Of a DNA stretch of 64,000 nt, positions 10,453 through 22,489 are shown in pieces. The stretch lies in NCBI GenBank assembly GCA_030141605.1, contig JAQGDQ010000318.1, forward strand, positions 124,001-188,000. Direction: 5' to 3'. The position numbers and the translations under genes were made by a program. A model generated the notes under the pieces. The model did no database searches, had not been told where the DNA came from, and saw only the letters and a list, made by a program, of their open reading frames with translations. Every line of letters starts with the position of its first letter. The first letter of the stretch is position 1. This DNA is from Tubiluchus corallicola (lineage: Eukaryota; Animalia; Priapulida).

Positions 10453-11017
10453 ATGAGCAAACTCGTCAGCAGCAGTATGGAGAGCAGACTTAGATAAACT
10501 GCATAATTTTAATTAGGCTGATGGCTTTTAGTGTTGCATCACGGTGTGGAAATTTTTGAATAATTTTTGAATCTGAAATAATGTATTCTGTTGTTATTTT
10601 AGCTGTTATTGTTACTCAAATTTCCTTAGAAGATGTTAGGAATAAATGTTCTCTTCTGCTTGAATGCTTCGATTTATTTTCGAAATATGAAGCAACCACT
10701 CCTACCTCTACTGTAAGAGAGGGTGGGGTTTAGGAAGAAAGAGGGGAGCAGAAAAGTACCTCTTTTAAATAGCTTCTTATTTGTCTAACACTGAACGCTT
10801 TCTTTTGCAAAAACTGTTTAAAATTTGTTTAAATTTTGATAATTACACACTCACAAATTCACTATTGTGCATTGAAATCCCAGGAGAGGGAGCACCCTCG
10901 CCCCTCCACAAGAGACTGTCTGCGGCCCTGATTTCGAATAGTGCCCTTCTGGCGGCTCCTTTAAGTTTTCGAAGAAAATGTGCAAAATCCTGCGCAGTTT
11001 CTAAAGTTTTTGCAAGG

Positions 11018-11265
11018 TCTGTCTGCAATTCTAACCCTAATTTCTTAATTAATCATTTAACCCTTTTAAAATATTTTGTGTGGTGCCCTTCCGGCGGTCC
11101 TATAAGTTTATTCAGGGTTTTCCTGTAGGTTCCAGGGTTTTTAACTGGTGATTTTTCGAGAAAACCCTAAATAAACTTAAAGGAACTGCCGGAAGGGCAC
11201 TACACGAAAATTTTTAAACGGGTTAAATGATTATTTAAGAAATTAGGGTTAGAATTACAGACAGA
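11018..11265. mobile_element. Foldback/palindromic MITE, ~105-bp inverted arms with ~37-bp spacer
   Basis: tctgtctgcaattctaaccctaatttctta...gtgcccttccggc...agggttttc mirrored by gaaaaccct...gccggaagggcac...taagaaattagggttagaattacagacaga. Confidence 0.88.
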
Positions 11266-11349
11266 AAAAAAGTGTCAGTTGCTGCAGCGAACGTTAGGCA
11301 GGTGTTGTGGTTTTATGGGTGTCAGGGAGGGGATTCAAAAGTTTATCTG

Positions 11350-11632
11350 CATGTGTCTGTCTCACATGTTAAGTTAGGGAAGGAGTTGTAAAATTTATGT
11401 GGGCGTGGCTTACTCGCTATTTGAGATGTGTGAGTGGCTTCCAAAATTTTTCTGGGTGTTCCTGTCTCACATGTTGAGTCGAGGAAGGATTTCAAAAATT
11501 TTTCTGGGTGTTCCTGTCTCACATTTTGAGTCGAGGAAAGATTTCGAGAATTTATCTGGGTGTTTCTGTCTCACATATGGAGACGGAGGAAGGGTTTTGA
11601 ATTACTTTGGCATTCCTGCCTCACATTTGGTG
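11350..11632. repeat. Degenerate ~50-bp minisatellite
   Basis: ctgtctcacat.ttgagtcgagga..gattt repeated; inverted relative at 23335-23440. Confidence 0.8.
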
Positions 11633-11650
11633 TAGGCGAAGGGGCTTTAA

Positions 11651-12115
11651 AGGAAAGAACAAGTCACTCAGCATGTTGGGTTTATTTTTACTGTTATCAC
11701 TTAAACTGTTCACTTGAAAATCATGACGTAATTAGGACACTTCGTGACTTTCCGTAAGCGCTCGCTGCTTGAACTAATTATAACTTCTGCAGCTTCGCCT
11801 ATGTTCACGCAAAAATATTACAAAATTAGCTATCTATTTTATTATGAAAACTTACAGTTTTGATGAAGATTGACAGTGCGCTACTTTTCTTCGGGACGAA
11901 TGACGTCATTGAAAGAAGAATGGACATTGAAAAGGAAAGCACCCAAGCACGAAGTGATCGTGACTTTAAAGTGATTTTACTAATTACAGTTAAGGCGCTT
12001 ATAACAAGGCGCTAATAACAATAAGGCGCTTATTGCAGTTTCATTTCTAAATCTTTCTAACATTTTTCGCGAACATTGAAATAAGCCCAACTTCCCGAAA
12101 GGCTTGACGTTTCCT
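11651..12115 (+). mobile_element. Kolobok-like non-autonomous element, family C copy 1
   Basis: TTAA|AGGAAAGAACAAGTC ... GGCTTGACGTTTCCT|TTAA; homolog at 59946-60389. Confidence 0.82.
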
Positions 12116-12363
12116 TTAAGAAGATTAAAAGAAAATGTGAAGAAAAAAAGTTGAGCTTCAAAAAATTAACATTGATAACGTTTTATTCATCAGCATAAAA
12201 TAACAATCAATGGTGAAAATTGCACGGTAAAAATTTGGAAAAAATGTCATTATCTAATTAGAATCTAAAAATAATTACTTGACCTTTTAGTTACTGGATA
12301 ATTAAAAGCACAGATGTAGACAAAGAGGTAACGATAATTGTCTAAAAATGGCTGCAGATTTAA

Positions 12364-13519
12364 CCCTTAGCCGAACAAGGGGTTGTCATATTACAATAAA
12401 GGACAAGCCGGGTAACAATTTACCCCATGAAAATTTTGCTTAATATATATCACTGACAGGATAGCATGATCAACTGGTAATTGAGATGCTCCTATTAGTG
12501 CAAAACCAAGTTCTGTGGCAAGTTGGCATGTATGGATACATGAGAGCACCAAGGATAAAAAGAAGGTTTCCACCATTGCACTATAATTGTTTATGCTATA
12601 TAATTTTTGATCCTTAGAAACAAATCCACTTGGGGCATTGCAGCGTGTAGGGAGTCCTGGCATAGAGAGGTGAGCAGAATCATGTCCCTGGACGTTTGAT
12701 TCATTGAAGAAAAGAAGAAGAATATAATTTTTGCTTCGTTTTTCAAATCTTGTGAAATTTTTGTAATAGCCAAACGATGTTCACTGTTTAATTCTAAGGC
12801 ATCCACTTCCTCTTCACTTGCTGAATCTTCTAAAATTTCATTTTCGTCAGCTTCAAGCTTAGTCACCTGTACAGCTAAATTTTAACCATTTTACTTCATG
12901 CCCACAAATTTTAATATAAAATGTCCACAAAAGATTGTTGGAAAAATCACTTTGCGGAAGTGTAGGCTGGAATTGGGAGGTTCTGCAGTACTTCTCGGTT
13001 GTCAAGGTAAACATATGGTTGTCAAGGTAAACATATGGTTGTCAAGGTAAACATGTGGGGTTATCAAGGTAAACATATGGTGGTCAAGGTACTAAGCATA
13101 TGGTTGTCAAGGTAAACATGTGGTTGTCAAGGTAAACATATGAAGCTACCGGAAAGAAAAATACACCAATGTAAACTCATATATTTTGCCTACATAAAAG
13201 ACCAAGGGGGGGGGTATTAAGTTTCCCCACATCAGGCAGTATCTGGCACTCACACTTTGTAAAAAAGTATGAATAATAGTTCCAGTAAAACATGATGTTA
13301 AGCAAAAAGTCATTAAGCGAAACGTCGTTAAGCGAAATGTGGCTAAGCAAAACGTCGTAAAACGAAACATCGTTAACACAACCAAAGCACAGTTGCATAA
13401 CAAATTGAAAAATATTTAATCACTATTAGCTTGAAAATTTTTCGTTGTCTGCGTCAATATAAAAAATGTGAGCAAACATAGCTGGGGTAATTTTTTACCC
13501 CACCCTGGTAGGCTAAGGG
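12364..13519 (-). mobile_element. piggyBac-like non-autonomous element, copy 2 (with internal 20-bp tandem array 13008-13143)
   Basis: TTAA|CCCTTAGCCGAACAAGGG ... CCCTGGTAGGCTAAGGG|TTAA; ctgtacag acceptor then acidic TKLEADENEILEDSASEEEVD; ggttgtcaaggtaaacatat repeats. Confidence 0.87.
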
Positions 13520-14088
13520 TTAAACAAACGAAACAATATCATTATAATTATCATTAGGATACAAAGATAGTTGTCGTCTGAACATTACTGAAAGAGTTAA
13601 CATAATTAATGAGTAATAATGAAATCAAAATTAATTAACTAATCCCACAGACAAAGCCGATCACGTGACTAGTGATCGCCATCGAATGTTTAAAAAATAC
13701 TCAATGATTATTAATGCAACCTACTTAACCATACAACGTCGATACAAAATTCCTAAAGCATTAATTGTACATATCATAATTGCAATATATTACACATATA
13801 TACAAAAATAAAACAGAATTGAATTTGGCAACTTTCTGTCAACTTCACATTAAAAGATTAAAAGAAACTAAACAAGAAGATATAAGATCAACATAATTGT
13901 TACACTGTATAAATAAGTTTAGTATGAAAATGTTTAATAAATTAATTTCCTTCAATGAAATTTTCCATTAAGCAACGACAATTGCAGCATCAATACATAA
14001 TCATTGTCATGATTGGTTTAATTACGAATAATTACATAGTACTGATATGGAAAAATTCAAACATGGGGTAACTCAAATTTTACCAAAA

Positions 14089-14489
14089 CAGTAAGTCCTT
14101 GCTTAATGACGTTAATGCGATCCAGTAAAACACGATGTTAAGCAAAAAGTAAAACGAAGCGCCGTTAAGCGAAACGTGGTTAAGCGAAACGCCGTTAAGG
14201 GAAATGTGGCTAAGCAGAACGGCGCAAAACGAAACGACGTTAAGCGAAATGTGGTTGAGCAAAACGTCGTTAAACAAAACCGAAACATCCATAGAAAGTA
14301 ATACAAAAGAAATTTGACACGTTCCAATGGCAAAAATCAATGCTGCTTAAATCATGCAAGTAAAGGTTTTATGAATTTCCTTAAGGATTCCACTAATTAA
14401 TATCTTTCTGCTTGCTGAAAAAGTCTCAAATGTTCAGCGTCGTTAAAACGAAACGTCACTTAATGGAGTCGTTAAGAGAGAACTTACTG
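14089..14489. mobile_element. Tc1/pogo (Tigger-like) MITE with internal short repeats
   Basis: Imperfect TIR CAGTAAGTCCTTGCTTAATGAC / GTCGTTAAGAGAGAACTTACTG; internal ttaagcgaaac repeats also at 13280-13380; TA TSD not clean. Confidence 0.55.
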
Positions 14490-14504
14490 GATATTGCAAC
14501 TCGT

Positions 14505-14671
14505 GAGTTTCTGACGTAAACAATAACTGTGTTCGGTTGCAGTTAATTAACTTTCAAAGCTACTATTATTCAAATATAAGAAATAATTGTTAACTTTTAT
14601 ACGCAAGAAAATGTATATTTTGGACAATAAAGTCAAATGAGATTGAGTCTAAACAATAGTCCGGTTTTCCT
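14505..14671 (+). mobile_element. 3' fragment of Kolobok-like family B
   Basis: Matches 28310-28467, ends CCGGTTTTCCT|TTAA. Confidence 0.75.
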
Positions 14672-14869
14672 TTAACATTTAGTAACACTTCAAGTTACTA
14701 AAAAACTTGATTTGTTTTCCAATTGTTCCTCTTAAGACCTATAATAAAGTCAACAATGGGACGGAAATGAACATTAAGTCAGTCTGTTGGTCATAGAGGG
14801 CACCACATTATGGTCTTTTGCCTTCATAGTCCGTGAATTCGGTGTAATCAATCTATTTGTTAAGTGACA

Positions 14870-15348
14870 TTGCTGCACATAGGTGGCAGAACTGTGACAC
14901 CTAATTATGATATCTTATTTTGGAGATTTCGTATCCACTAAGCGAAACTGCTTTCCATTAGTTTGCTTTGCTGCACATAGATGGCACTGCATTCTGATTT
15001 CCTCCTCTGCACTTGTTGTGTCCAATAAAGTGGTTCTATTAAGTTGCTTTGTTGCACATAGATGGCACCACATCATGATTTCCTATTTCACAGTTCTTGT
15101 ATCCACTAAACAGCTGGTTTCTATTAAGTCACTTTGTTGCGCATAGATGGCACCACATTATGATTTACTATTTCACAGTTCTTGTATCCACTAAACAGCT
15201 GGTTTCTATTAAGTCACTTTGTTGCACATAGATGGCACCACGTTATGATTTACTATTTCACAGTTCTTGTATCCACTAAACAACTGGTTTCTAGTTGCAC
15301 ATAGATGGCACTGCATTATGATTTTCTACTTCGCAGTTCTTGTATCCA
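14870..15348. repeat. ~85-bp tandem repeat (~6 copies) overlapping the stop codon of the forked-like gene
   Basis: gttgcacatagatggcac.. at 15051, 15136, 15221, 15294; more diverged at 14871 and 14970. Confidence 0.93.
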
Positions 15349-15472
15349 TGGAGCAAGTGGCTTGTTTTCCTCCACGTCGATTGGAATGGCGGCGACGACT
15401 TTAGGCGTTTTTTCCTGTCTTTCTCTTTCTTCTCTTTCTTTTATTGCTTTCTCTACAGCCTCTCTTGCAGCC
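15316..15472 (-). CDS. forked: forked/espin-like gene, terminal coding exon
   Basis: Acceptor tcttttcag, phase 2; AAREAVEKAIKEREERERQEKTPK...PLAPWIQELRSRKS*. Confidence 0.8.
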
Positions 15473-15559
15473 CTGAAAAGATTTACCATATTGCAAAAGT
15501 GTCTAATATATAGCCTAAATGTACTTTTATACTGGCTACCAATAATGAATTCCAGTTAA

Positions 15560-16042
15560 AGGAAAACTATTGATGACATCACAAACCAACATAATATTTA
15601 ACCGCAAAAATATTCCTCGAGCGTGTTGCACGTGTTTGTGAAAGCGAAAATTGAAGTGTAGTGCCACTGTAAGATGTTCAGTGTGTTGTACTAAAACAAG
15701 AAAGTTTTTAGATAAAAAATCAAATTTCAAATTTACCGCCGTGCTCGTGCATGAGCTGTCAAACTTGCTTAGGTCGTTACAAACTAACGCATCAGAACAG
15801 AGAGGTACAGCACCTACTTTTTGTGCAATACATTTCAGAAATGCAGGCGCTAGTGCCTGTCTAAGTAACGAATGGCGAAATGCATGTAACAGCGAAGAAC
15901 TAGTGGCACGAATATGAAATTGTGTTTGTGTGGCAATAATTCTTTCACGTAAGTCATTTTTGAAAAAATAGTAGGTTTCCTTTCAATATTTTAAAGAGTG
16001 GATTGTTTTGACCTGCAGTTTAAGATTGGGTCCGATTTTGCT
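15560..16042 (+). mobile_element. Kolobok-like family A copy 2 (internal deletion), intronic
   Basis: TTAA|AGGAAAAC ... GATTTTGCT|TTAA; homology to 9087-9637. Confidence 0.82.
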
Positions 16043-16652
16043 TTAAATTATTTTAGTAAACAAAAAATATTTTTAATTCCATAGATGTGGACTAATGTCA
16101 GCCATGCTTTTCAATAAAAATTTTACCCAAGAGATGGCATGTGTAACCATATTAGGAAAAAAACGTTTTTATAATTCTTTTAAGTTTAACATTTCGTTTA
16201 GCGATTTCGGGGATATAGCAACAAAACTATACAATGCCATGACTTTTATACCATTTTTCATACATTTTTCATACATTTTTTTTATACAATTTTCATACAT
16301 TTTTATACATTTTTCATACATCCTGTAAGCCAATATTGGCAGGTCCTCCTCAATGCTTGTGGCGAGACCAGAATCATATTCGTTACCAAAGTTACAAAAT
16401 CTGAGCCACCAAACCAGCAGAGGCGACTTCGCCAAGTTCGGATGGGAATGCATCTATGAGGTAAACAGCCAGGAAAGGTATGGCGAATGAAACCTCCCAG
16501 ATCAAACATTGAACTGGTTTCCACATCCATTAGCTAGGCGACTGCAACACCATTTTAATTTTATTTGTCAATTATTGTGACCTCTCAGTTATGAACTCAT
16601 CATAACCAAATAAAGAAACCACGCACAAGATGAAAAACAAAAATGAACGCAC

Positions 16653-16732
16653 CTGGCTTCAGCCTCCTTTTTCTCAATAATTTCACGCTTCCATTTCGGT
16701 ATTTTTGCCAGACGCTGTTCCTCTGCATTTTT
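16653..16732 (-). CDS. forked: forked/espin-like gene exon (second PxWKR motif)
   Basis: atttcag|KNAEEQRLAKIPKWKREIIEKKEAEA(R)|gtgcgt; 80 bp, phase 0 to 2. Confidence 0.87.
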
Positions 16733-16754
16733 CTGAAATGGCAATAACAATCAA

Positions 16755-17180
16755 TGGTAGACAATGGTAGCAACAAGAGTGGAAAAATGAGAGTAACAAT
16801 GGTGGCGGTAGACAATGGTAGCAAAAAGAGCGGAAAAATAAGAGTAACAATGGTGGCGGTAGACAATGGTAGCAACAAGAGTGGAAAAATAATTGTAACA
16901 ATGGCGGTGGTAGAACAAGGGTAGCAGCAAGAGAGGAAAAAAATAATAATAACAATGGTCGTGGTAGAACAATGGTAGCAACAAGAGTGGAAAAATAATA
17001 GTAACAATGGTGGTGGTGGTAGAACAGTGGTAGCAACAAGAGTGGAAAAATAATAGTAACAATGGTGGTGGTAGAACAATGGTAGCAACAGAGTGGAAAA
17101 ATAATAGTAACAATGGTGGTGGTAGAACAATGTTAGCAACAAGAGTGGAAAAATAATAGTAGCAATGGTGGTAGGAATGG
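16755..17180. repeat. Intronic ~50-bp minisatellite
   Basis: gtagaacaatggtagcaacaagagtggaaaaataatagtaacaatggtg repeated ~8 times. Confidence 0.93.
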
Positions 17181-17211
17181 TAGTACTAAAAGTAGTGAAA
17201 ATACATGCTTA

Positions 17212-17410
17212 TTCATTATCTATTTGGCTTTTTGTAAATACATAATTAGTGCATAATTTACTGTATCAATTTCTTTTCTACTGGTCTACTTAATCATTAC
17301 CTATTTGGTTTTTGTAAATACATAATTAGTGCATAATTTACTGTATTAATTTCTTTTCTACAGGTCTACTTAATCATTACCTATTTGGCTTCTGTTAACT
17401 ACTTAATCAG
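17212..17410. repeat. ~81-bp tandem repeat (~2.5 copies)
   Basis: tcattacctatttgg.ttttgtaaatacataattagtgcataatttactgtat repeated. Confidence 0.85.
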
Positions 17411-17585
17411 TGCGTAATGGACTCTGCCTATGTAAAATGATTGTATGTTAGTAAATTTACCACTGATGATGACAGCAGTAGCCTGTCAAAACGTTTGGCA
17501 TGATTTCTGACTATGTGAACTGGAAGTTTTAATAAAGTTGTGTTGCTTGGGCTATAAATGTTTTTAACTGCCTGTAAAAAATTAC

Positions 17586-17756
17586 TTTGAGTTTCTCTTC
17601 CGTTTCTTTTTTTGCTTTCTCAGCTTCCTTTTTGGCAATCAGTTGTCGTTTCCAAGGCGGAATTGATTTCCCATCCGGCGTGGCTTCCGGAACTTTGGTC
17701 ATGAAGCGGTCCGGTGTGAAATCCGTAGGATCCAGTTCGATTAGTGGTGCCTGGTG
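17586..17756 (-). CDS. forked: forked/espin-like gene exon (actin-bundling module, IPPWKRQ)
   Basis: tttatttcag|HQAPLIELDPTDFTPDRFMTKVPEATPDGKSIPPWKRQLIAKKEAEKAKKETEEKLK|gtaatt; 171 bp, phase 0; resembles espin IPEWKRQ / forked IPAWKRQMLAKKAAE. Confidence 0.9.
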
Positions 17757-18096
17757 CTGAAATAAAAACTAGTATTAACAAATTTCACTTCGAAGCCATC
17801 AACAGCAATACCTACTTAATGTAGGGACAATTCAATTCAAACGATTTTATTCCCACAACATACGCTTCACAGTATGACATTACAGAAGTAGAAAAACCAA
17901 TAAGTCACTCCTTTTTTAACCATAGATTTTTTTAATAGGCTCAAATGAAAAAGCAAAAGCAGATGGGACTCCCATCAATATTAAGTGTTATCATCTGAGA
18001 TGAGTTAGAACTGTGAACCCATCTATCTGCTGTGAAACAAAACCCCCTTTCTGGCAGGCACATATCTACTTGCTAGCCAGGCGTGGCGTTGCTTAA

Positions 18097-18397
18097 AGGA
18101 AGACAGCATGATTTTTCATGACAAAGTAATTTAAGCATGACAGCATGATAAAGTAATTTAAGCTTTTTTGCTTAGCAAAACGTATGTGATCTAATTATCT
18201 TTTCAAATTTTATGCATTATTTAAATTTAAGATAAAATGATTGCGTTCAATTGGTCATAGAGGAGTTTAAATTTACAAGTTTTATTTACGGTTACTGCTA
18301 ATACAAGCTCTGTATGCAACAAGACAGGACCTAAGTGCTGCGCAAGTTCATGAAGAATTTTTTAAAGTTTTTCTTATAAAGACTGTTTCCTTGTGAT
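18097..18397 (-). mobile_element. TTAA-flanked element, family D-related
   Basis: TTAA|AGGAAGACAGC ... GACTGTTTCCTTGTGAT|TTAA; right part similar to 63370-63475 and to the reverse complement of 9665/54059. Confidence 0.55.
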
Positions 18398-19385
18398 TTA
18401 AGAACGCGTCCGCGAGAAGACCATGCAAAATCGAAAAATTCCGGCACAAGGCTAGGTAACCGATTCGGACCAAAGTTCGGGTATGAGGTCCACTAGTCAC
18501 TAGTATTCACTATGTGAATCCGTTTGGTCCAACTCCTCATAGTAGCAGAGGTACGGCATAGGCCGATTTTCATGAAAAAATACCTATTTTTCTCTATTTT
18601 TTACTCATATTTGAAGGATTAGCCATGCAGCAACCACTGAGTTTGAATAGATCTGACTCTGCACAGTATTGGATCTTGTTATCTTCTCCAAAATGACTTT
18701 TCGACTTTTGTCCCAAACCCCCCTCTTTCGGCTCTACTGGGGGTCTTTAAGCTCGCAGTACGCACAAGATGCAAATACTCAGTCATTTCAAAGTCTTATA
18801 TCTCACCCACTGCGGGGGCGGGGCAAAAATATCGATATGTATGTGAATAGAGCATCTCATCCCACTATGCTGCAGTGACAATTTCGATGGAGCGAATTTC
18901 CACCCTATTGTAAATGACCCTTGAAAGAGGCATATATCAGGGTGCAAATATAGCTAACAACGTTCATCAAAAAGCTTCGTGTAGGCAAACATGAGTTGTC
19001 AAATCTTGTCAAAATACTTCAAAACGTCACAAATACTCATCTTTTGCAACTAGGGGCCTGGCCAGCACATTGGTTAAACTACCGACAGGATTGGGCTCCA
19101 GCATTCAAGATGGCGGCCACTGCTGAACTAAAATGTTCGTTTTCTGGGCTGTTTTTACCAGTGTTAAATGCGGCATTGGCACTATTTATCCGCACGAAAC
19201 GAATATTGTGAATCTATTAGCCTGTACTATAGACACTGGACGGCATTTAGAGCGCTTCCATCTTCAAACAAATGAAATATCTACAGAATGGAAATTGCTT
19301 CTTGCAAGGACTGGAAAATGTTTTATGTACTATTTATTTTCTCTGCTTTGTAAATGTTATGTACAGGTTATTATTCATTGTCTTA

Positions 19386-19662
19386 CATAGGCGTACAAGC
19401 CAGGACGCAAAGAAAATTGCCCTAAGTCTGAGCGAATGCCCAAAAAATATGGGACAGACTTCCCCCAAAATATAATTTGTCCGGTGATTTTTTGACTGTA
19501 AAACATCGAAAATTTTTGTGCCATTGGCGCAATCATTCAATCACACTATTTGTATTTTTTGTCAGAAGTATCGATTTTGTGCCACAAAAAATTTTGGGCG
19601 AAGAACAATTTTCTGAGCTAACTATCACCGCCATCCCCCTAGAAGCGGCCCATACGCTTATA
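19386..19662. mobile_element. hAT-type MITE
   Basis: TIR CATAGGCGTA/TACGCTTATA, 8-bp TSD ttgtctta/ttgtctca. Confidence 0.75.
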
Positions 19663-19929
19663 TTGTCTCATGTTTTGACTGTAAGATTTTCGCTTTATCA
19701 CTTTCCCCATGATATTTGTCTATATTTCTGTATCTATCTTCTAGGGATAATGTACCTGCATCGATAATTCTTTCTCTGTTATTTAGATATTATGGTTTTG
19801 ACTACTTGTACTACTCTTCAGTGATAGGATTATGCAGCATTTTATGCTGCTACAATAGGAACAGTATTTTCGACTTAGAGAAATTAATTCTGACTGAGTT
19901 TTGTAGTTTTTCATTTTTGTACTGATATT

Positions 19930-20221
19930 CAGGGCCTGTCAGCCTAGGCGAGGCCCGGGGAAGTGGGGCATATGAGGCCCTATCGGGGGGGGGGGGGGGG
20001 GCGAAGCGCCGGGGGGCGGGCGCTACCATGGATGGCGCCCAGAAAATTTTTGAACAGCTAGAAGCCGGAGAAGCATTTTCAAAGAGAGAATATGGAGTTA
20101 TACAGTTGTTAAAGGAAAGAACAATTGAAAGAAAAACTGCTTTATGCGCAAGACCAGTCCTTAATACTTGTAAATATTGGCAAACAGCACGCGTTCAGCG
20201 AGAGAGAGAGAGGGAGAGGGA

Positions 20222-20290
<69 letters not shown>

Positions 20291-20412
20291 GGAGAGAGAA
20301 GAGGCAGTATGTTCGCATACGGCAAAAAAATGTTACCTTGGCGCGAGGCCCCCCTGGAGGGTGAGGCCCCCGGGAAGTATCCCCACTTCCCCCCCCTTTG
20401 AAATAGGTCCTG
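19930..20412. mobile_element. hAT-type MITE containing (GA)n (~20199-20298)
   Basis: TIR CAGGGCCTGT/ATAGGTCCTG, subterminal gggaagtgggg/ccccacttccc, 8-bp TSD ctgatatt/ctgatagt. Confidence 0.8.
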
Positions 20413-21846
20413 CTGATAGTCATAATCTTCTATGTATAGCCATGAAGCTTATTCATATAAAAAGTATAAAAATTAATGGATTTCTATTTTATATGTATAT
20501 ACCGAATGTTGTCAGATTATTTCGCTAGCAATGACTGTCAGTCTTAACAATCGGTACTTCTTTTCTATTAGAGGGCTTATTGTTTAGTCTTTCCTGGTAA
20601 CAATTAGCGATTCAGTGTGTAGAGAATGCCCTGAATCAGGGTCGGATTCGGTACCTGGGGCATGCATATCTCCTGTCCTGAACTCCATCAGAAGAAGCAA
20701 TTATTCATATTTGTAGTCATATGAAAATTCCGACATAACTAAACCAATTTAAGATGAAAATCGCATATTTCTAGCAATTTCCATGGCAAAGGAATCTATT
20801 GCTACTAGGAAATTAGACCACTAGTCACCGAAAATGCAGGTTAAACGTGGCTAAATGTCTACTGTCATAAACGACCTGGGCCAAGTATGTCTACTTTTTA
20901 CACATGGACGGAATTACTATAGAAAGTAAAAAAGTGTGTTGATATGGCAGTTTTTTCTAACAGTGCCCCTCTGTATAATGTCATTCATAATATTATCTCA
21001 GCTCGTGCGTTTTTATGAAATTTAGAATACAGATTTGTCACTTTTAATCCAGCATATAGATAGTAAAAATATTGAAAAACTACAAAAAAGGCTAATTTTG
21101 CTGATTTTGTGAAAATTTAAAGTGCCACTACTAAATACTGAAACAGGCTCCAGCGAATTTTCTTTTTTATATTATTAGTGAGGATGATGGTCAACACACA
21201 CATGAAAACCAGAAGTTGTGTAGCCCCGCAGTGAGCGAGTTATGAGCCTTACAACTTAAACTCTCCCTGGACTCTTAACAAAGAGCCGAATTTAAAAAAT
21301 CCCGTTCTCTGATACTATTAATAGTATGTCAGAAAAAGTTAGGATATCAGAAGGCAATGTCTAGGTCTATGTACCAGCCAACTTACATCGACCCACCTAT
21401 AATAGTTTATACAGGAGAAAAAGTTAAAATAAGCCCCCAAAATAGCGATTTTTTGCCTCTTTTGAGGTCAATTTCTTGATGTGGTCATTTCTCTGCCAAT
21501 AGTAGCTCGATCGATTTGATATCTTGGTTACATGGTTTTGGGGGGTCGCCCTTCATGTTAGAAAAAAATGATAGAAATTCGTCACCCCTCATGTGCCACC
21601 CCCTGCATGGTGCTTTCGCGGACTCGTTCTTAAGTGTTTGTTGTGTATTAACTACATGTGCTTGACGACTGCCGTATGCTTAAGCTGTGTTCACACTTTG
21701 CCTTTTTTCTTTTCAAAAATTACGTCACACTTTTCGACCCGTTTTTATTACATTCATACACGTCAATGTATGTAAATATTACTATATTATTGTATCAAAT
21801 TGAAGAGCGTATTAAATGGAAATGTTTTTCAAATGAATGTTGTTAA

Positions 21847-22116
21847 AGGAAAACAGAATGATTTTTCATATACTACCCCGTTTTCAAGTACGGTAAAAAG
21901 TATACATTTTAACACAATTAATACTGCAAACGCGTTTCTGATTAAATATATTAATTATAATTAAATAATATAAGAATATCTTGATTAACTGCGGGCGAAC
22001 CCAACTATTGATGACATCACAAACTAAGGTAATTTTCAACAGCAAAGATATTCCACGAGCCTGTTGTACGTGTTTGCCAAAACGAAAATTGAAGTACAAT
22101 GCTACTGTACGATACT
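21847..22116 (+). mobile_element. Kolobok-like family A, 5' half
   Basis: TTAA|AGGAAAACAGAATG..., homology ends at gctactgtacgata. Confidence 0.8.
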
Positions 22117-22319
22117 ATGCCAGGACCTATGCCAGGTACTATGCCAGGACTTATGCCATAACCTATGCCAGGTACTATGCCAGTACCTATGCTAGGAGAA
22201 TAAATCTACTTTCTATTCAAAACGCATGATGCTTCGGTCTGACTGTCCAAAACCTTACTAAAATCCCAATCAATTGCCCATTATTAATTAATGATAAATT
22301 TAGTAATTAATGAACTTAC

Positions 22320-22435
22320 CAAGTCTTGATTTCGTTTGACCATGTCGTCCCTAAGCTTCTTCAATGACGTAATGCCAGTTGTTGATTTTAGTTCAGCAAT
22401 CAGATCGTCATTTCTCACCTGGTTCATACCAGTGT
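22320..22435 (-). CDS. forked: forked/espin-like gene exon (WH2-like motif)
   Basis: tttgtttgtag|DTGMNQVRNDDLIAELKSTTGITSLKKLRDDMVKRNQDL|gtaagt; 116 bp, phase 1 to 0. Confidence 0.87.
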
Positions 22436-22489
22436 CTACAAACAAAAAATCAATAAATATGTATCTCTCAAACACACAGTATTTGTAAA

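Larger units (their letters stand above)
18402..21629. mobile_element. 3.2-kb non-autonomous TTAA element (Kolobok-like) carrying two nested hAT MITEs
   Basis: TTAA|GAACGCGTCCGCGAGAAGACCATGCA ... TGCATGGTGCTTTCGCGGACTCGTTC|TTAA (26-bp imperfect TIR); no transposase ORF. Confidence 0.82.

Noticed and set aside
19100-19120. YY1-like CAAGATGGCGGC as a promoter
   Set aside because: Lies inside the 18402-21629 transposon, where this motif is commonplace
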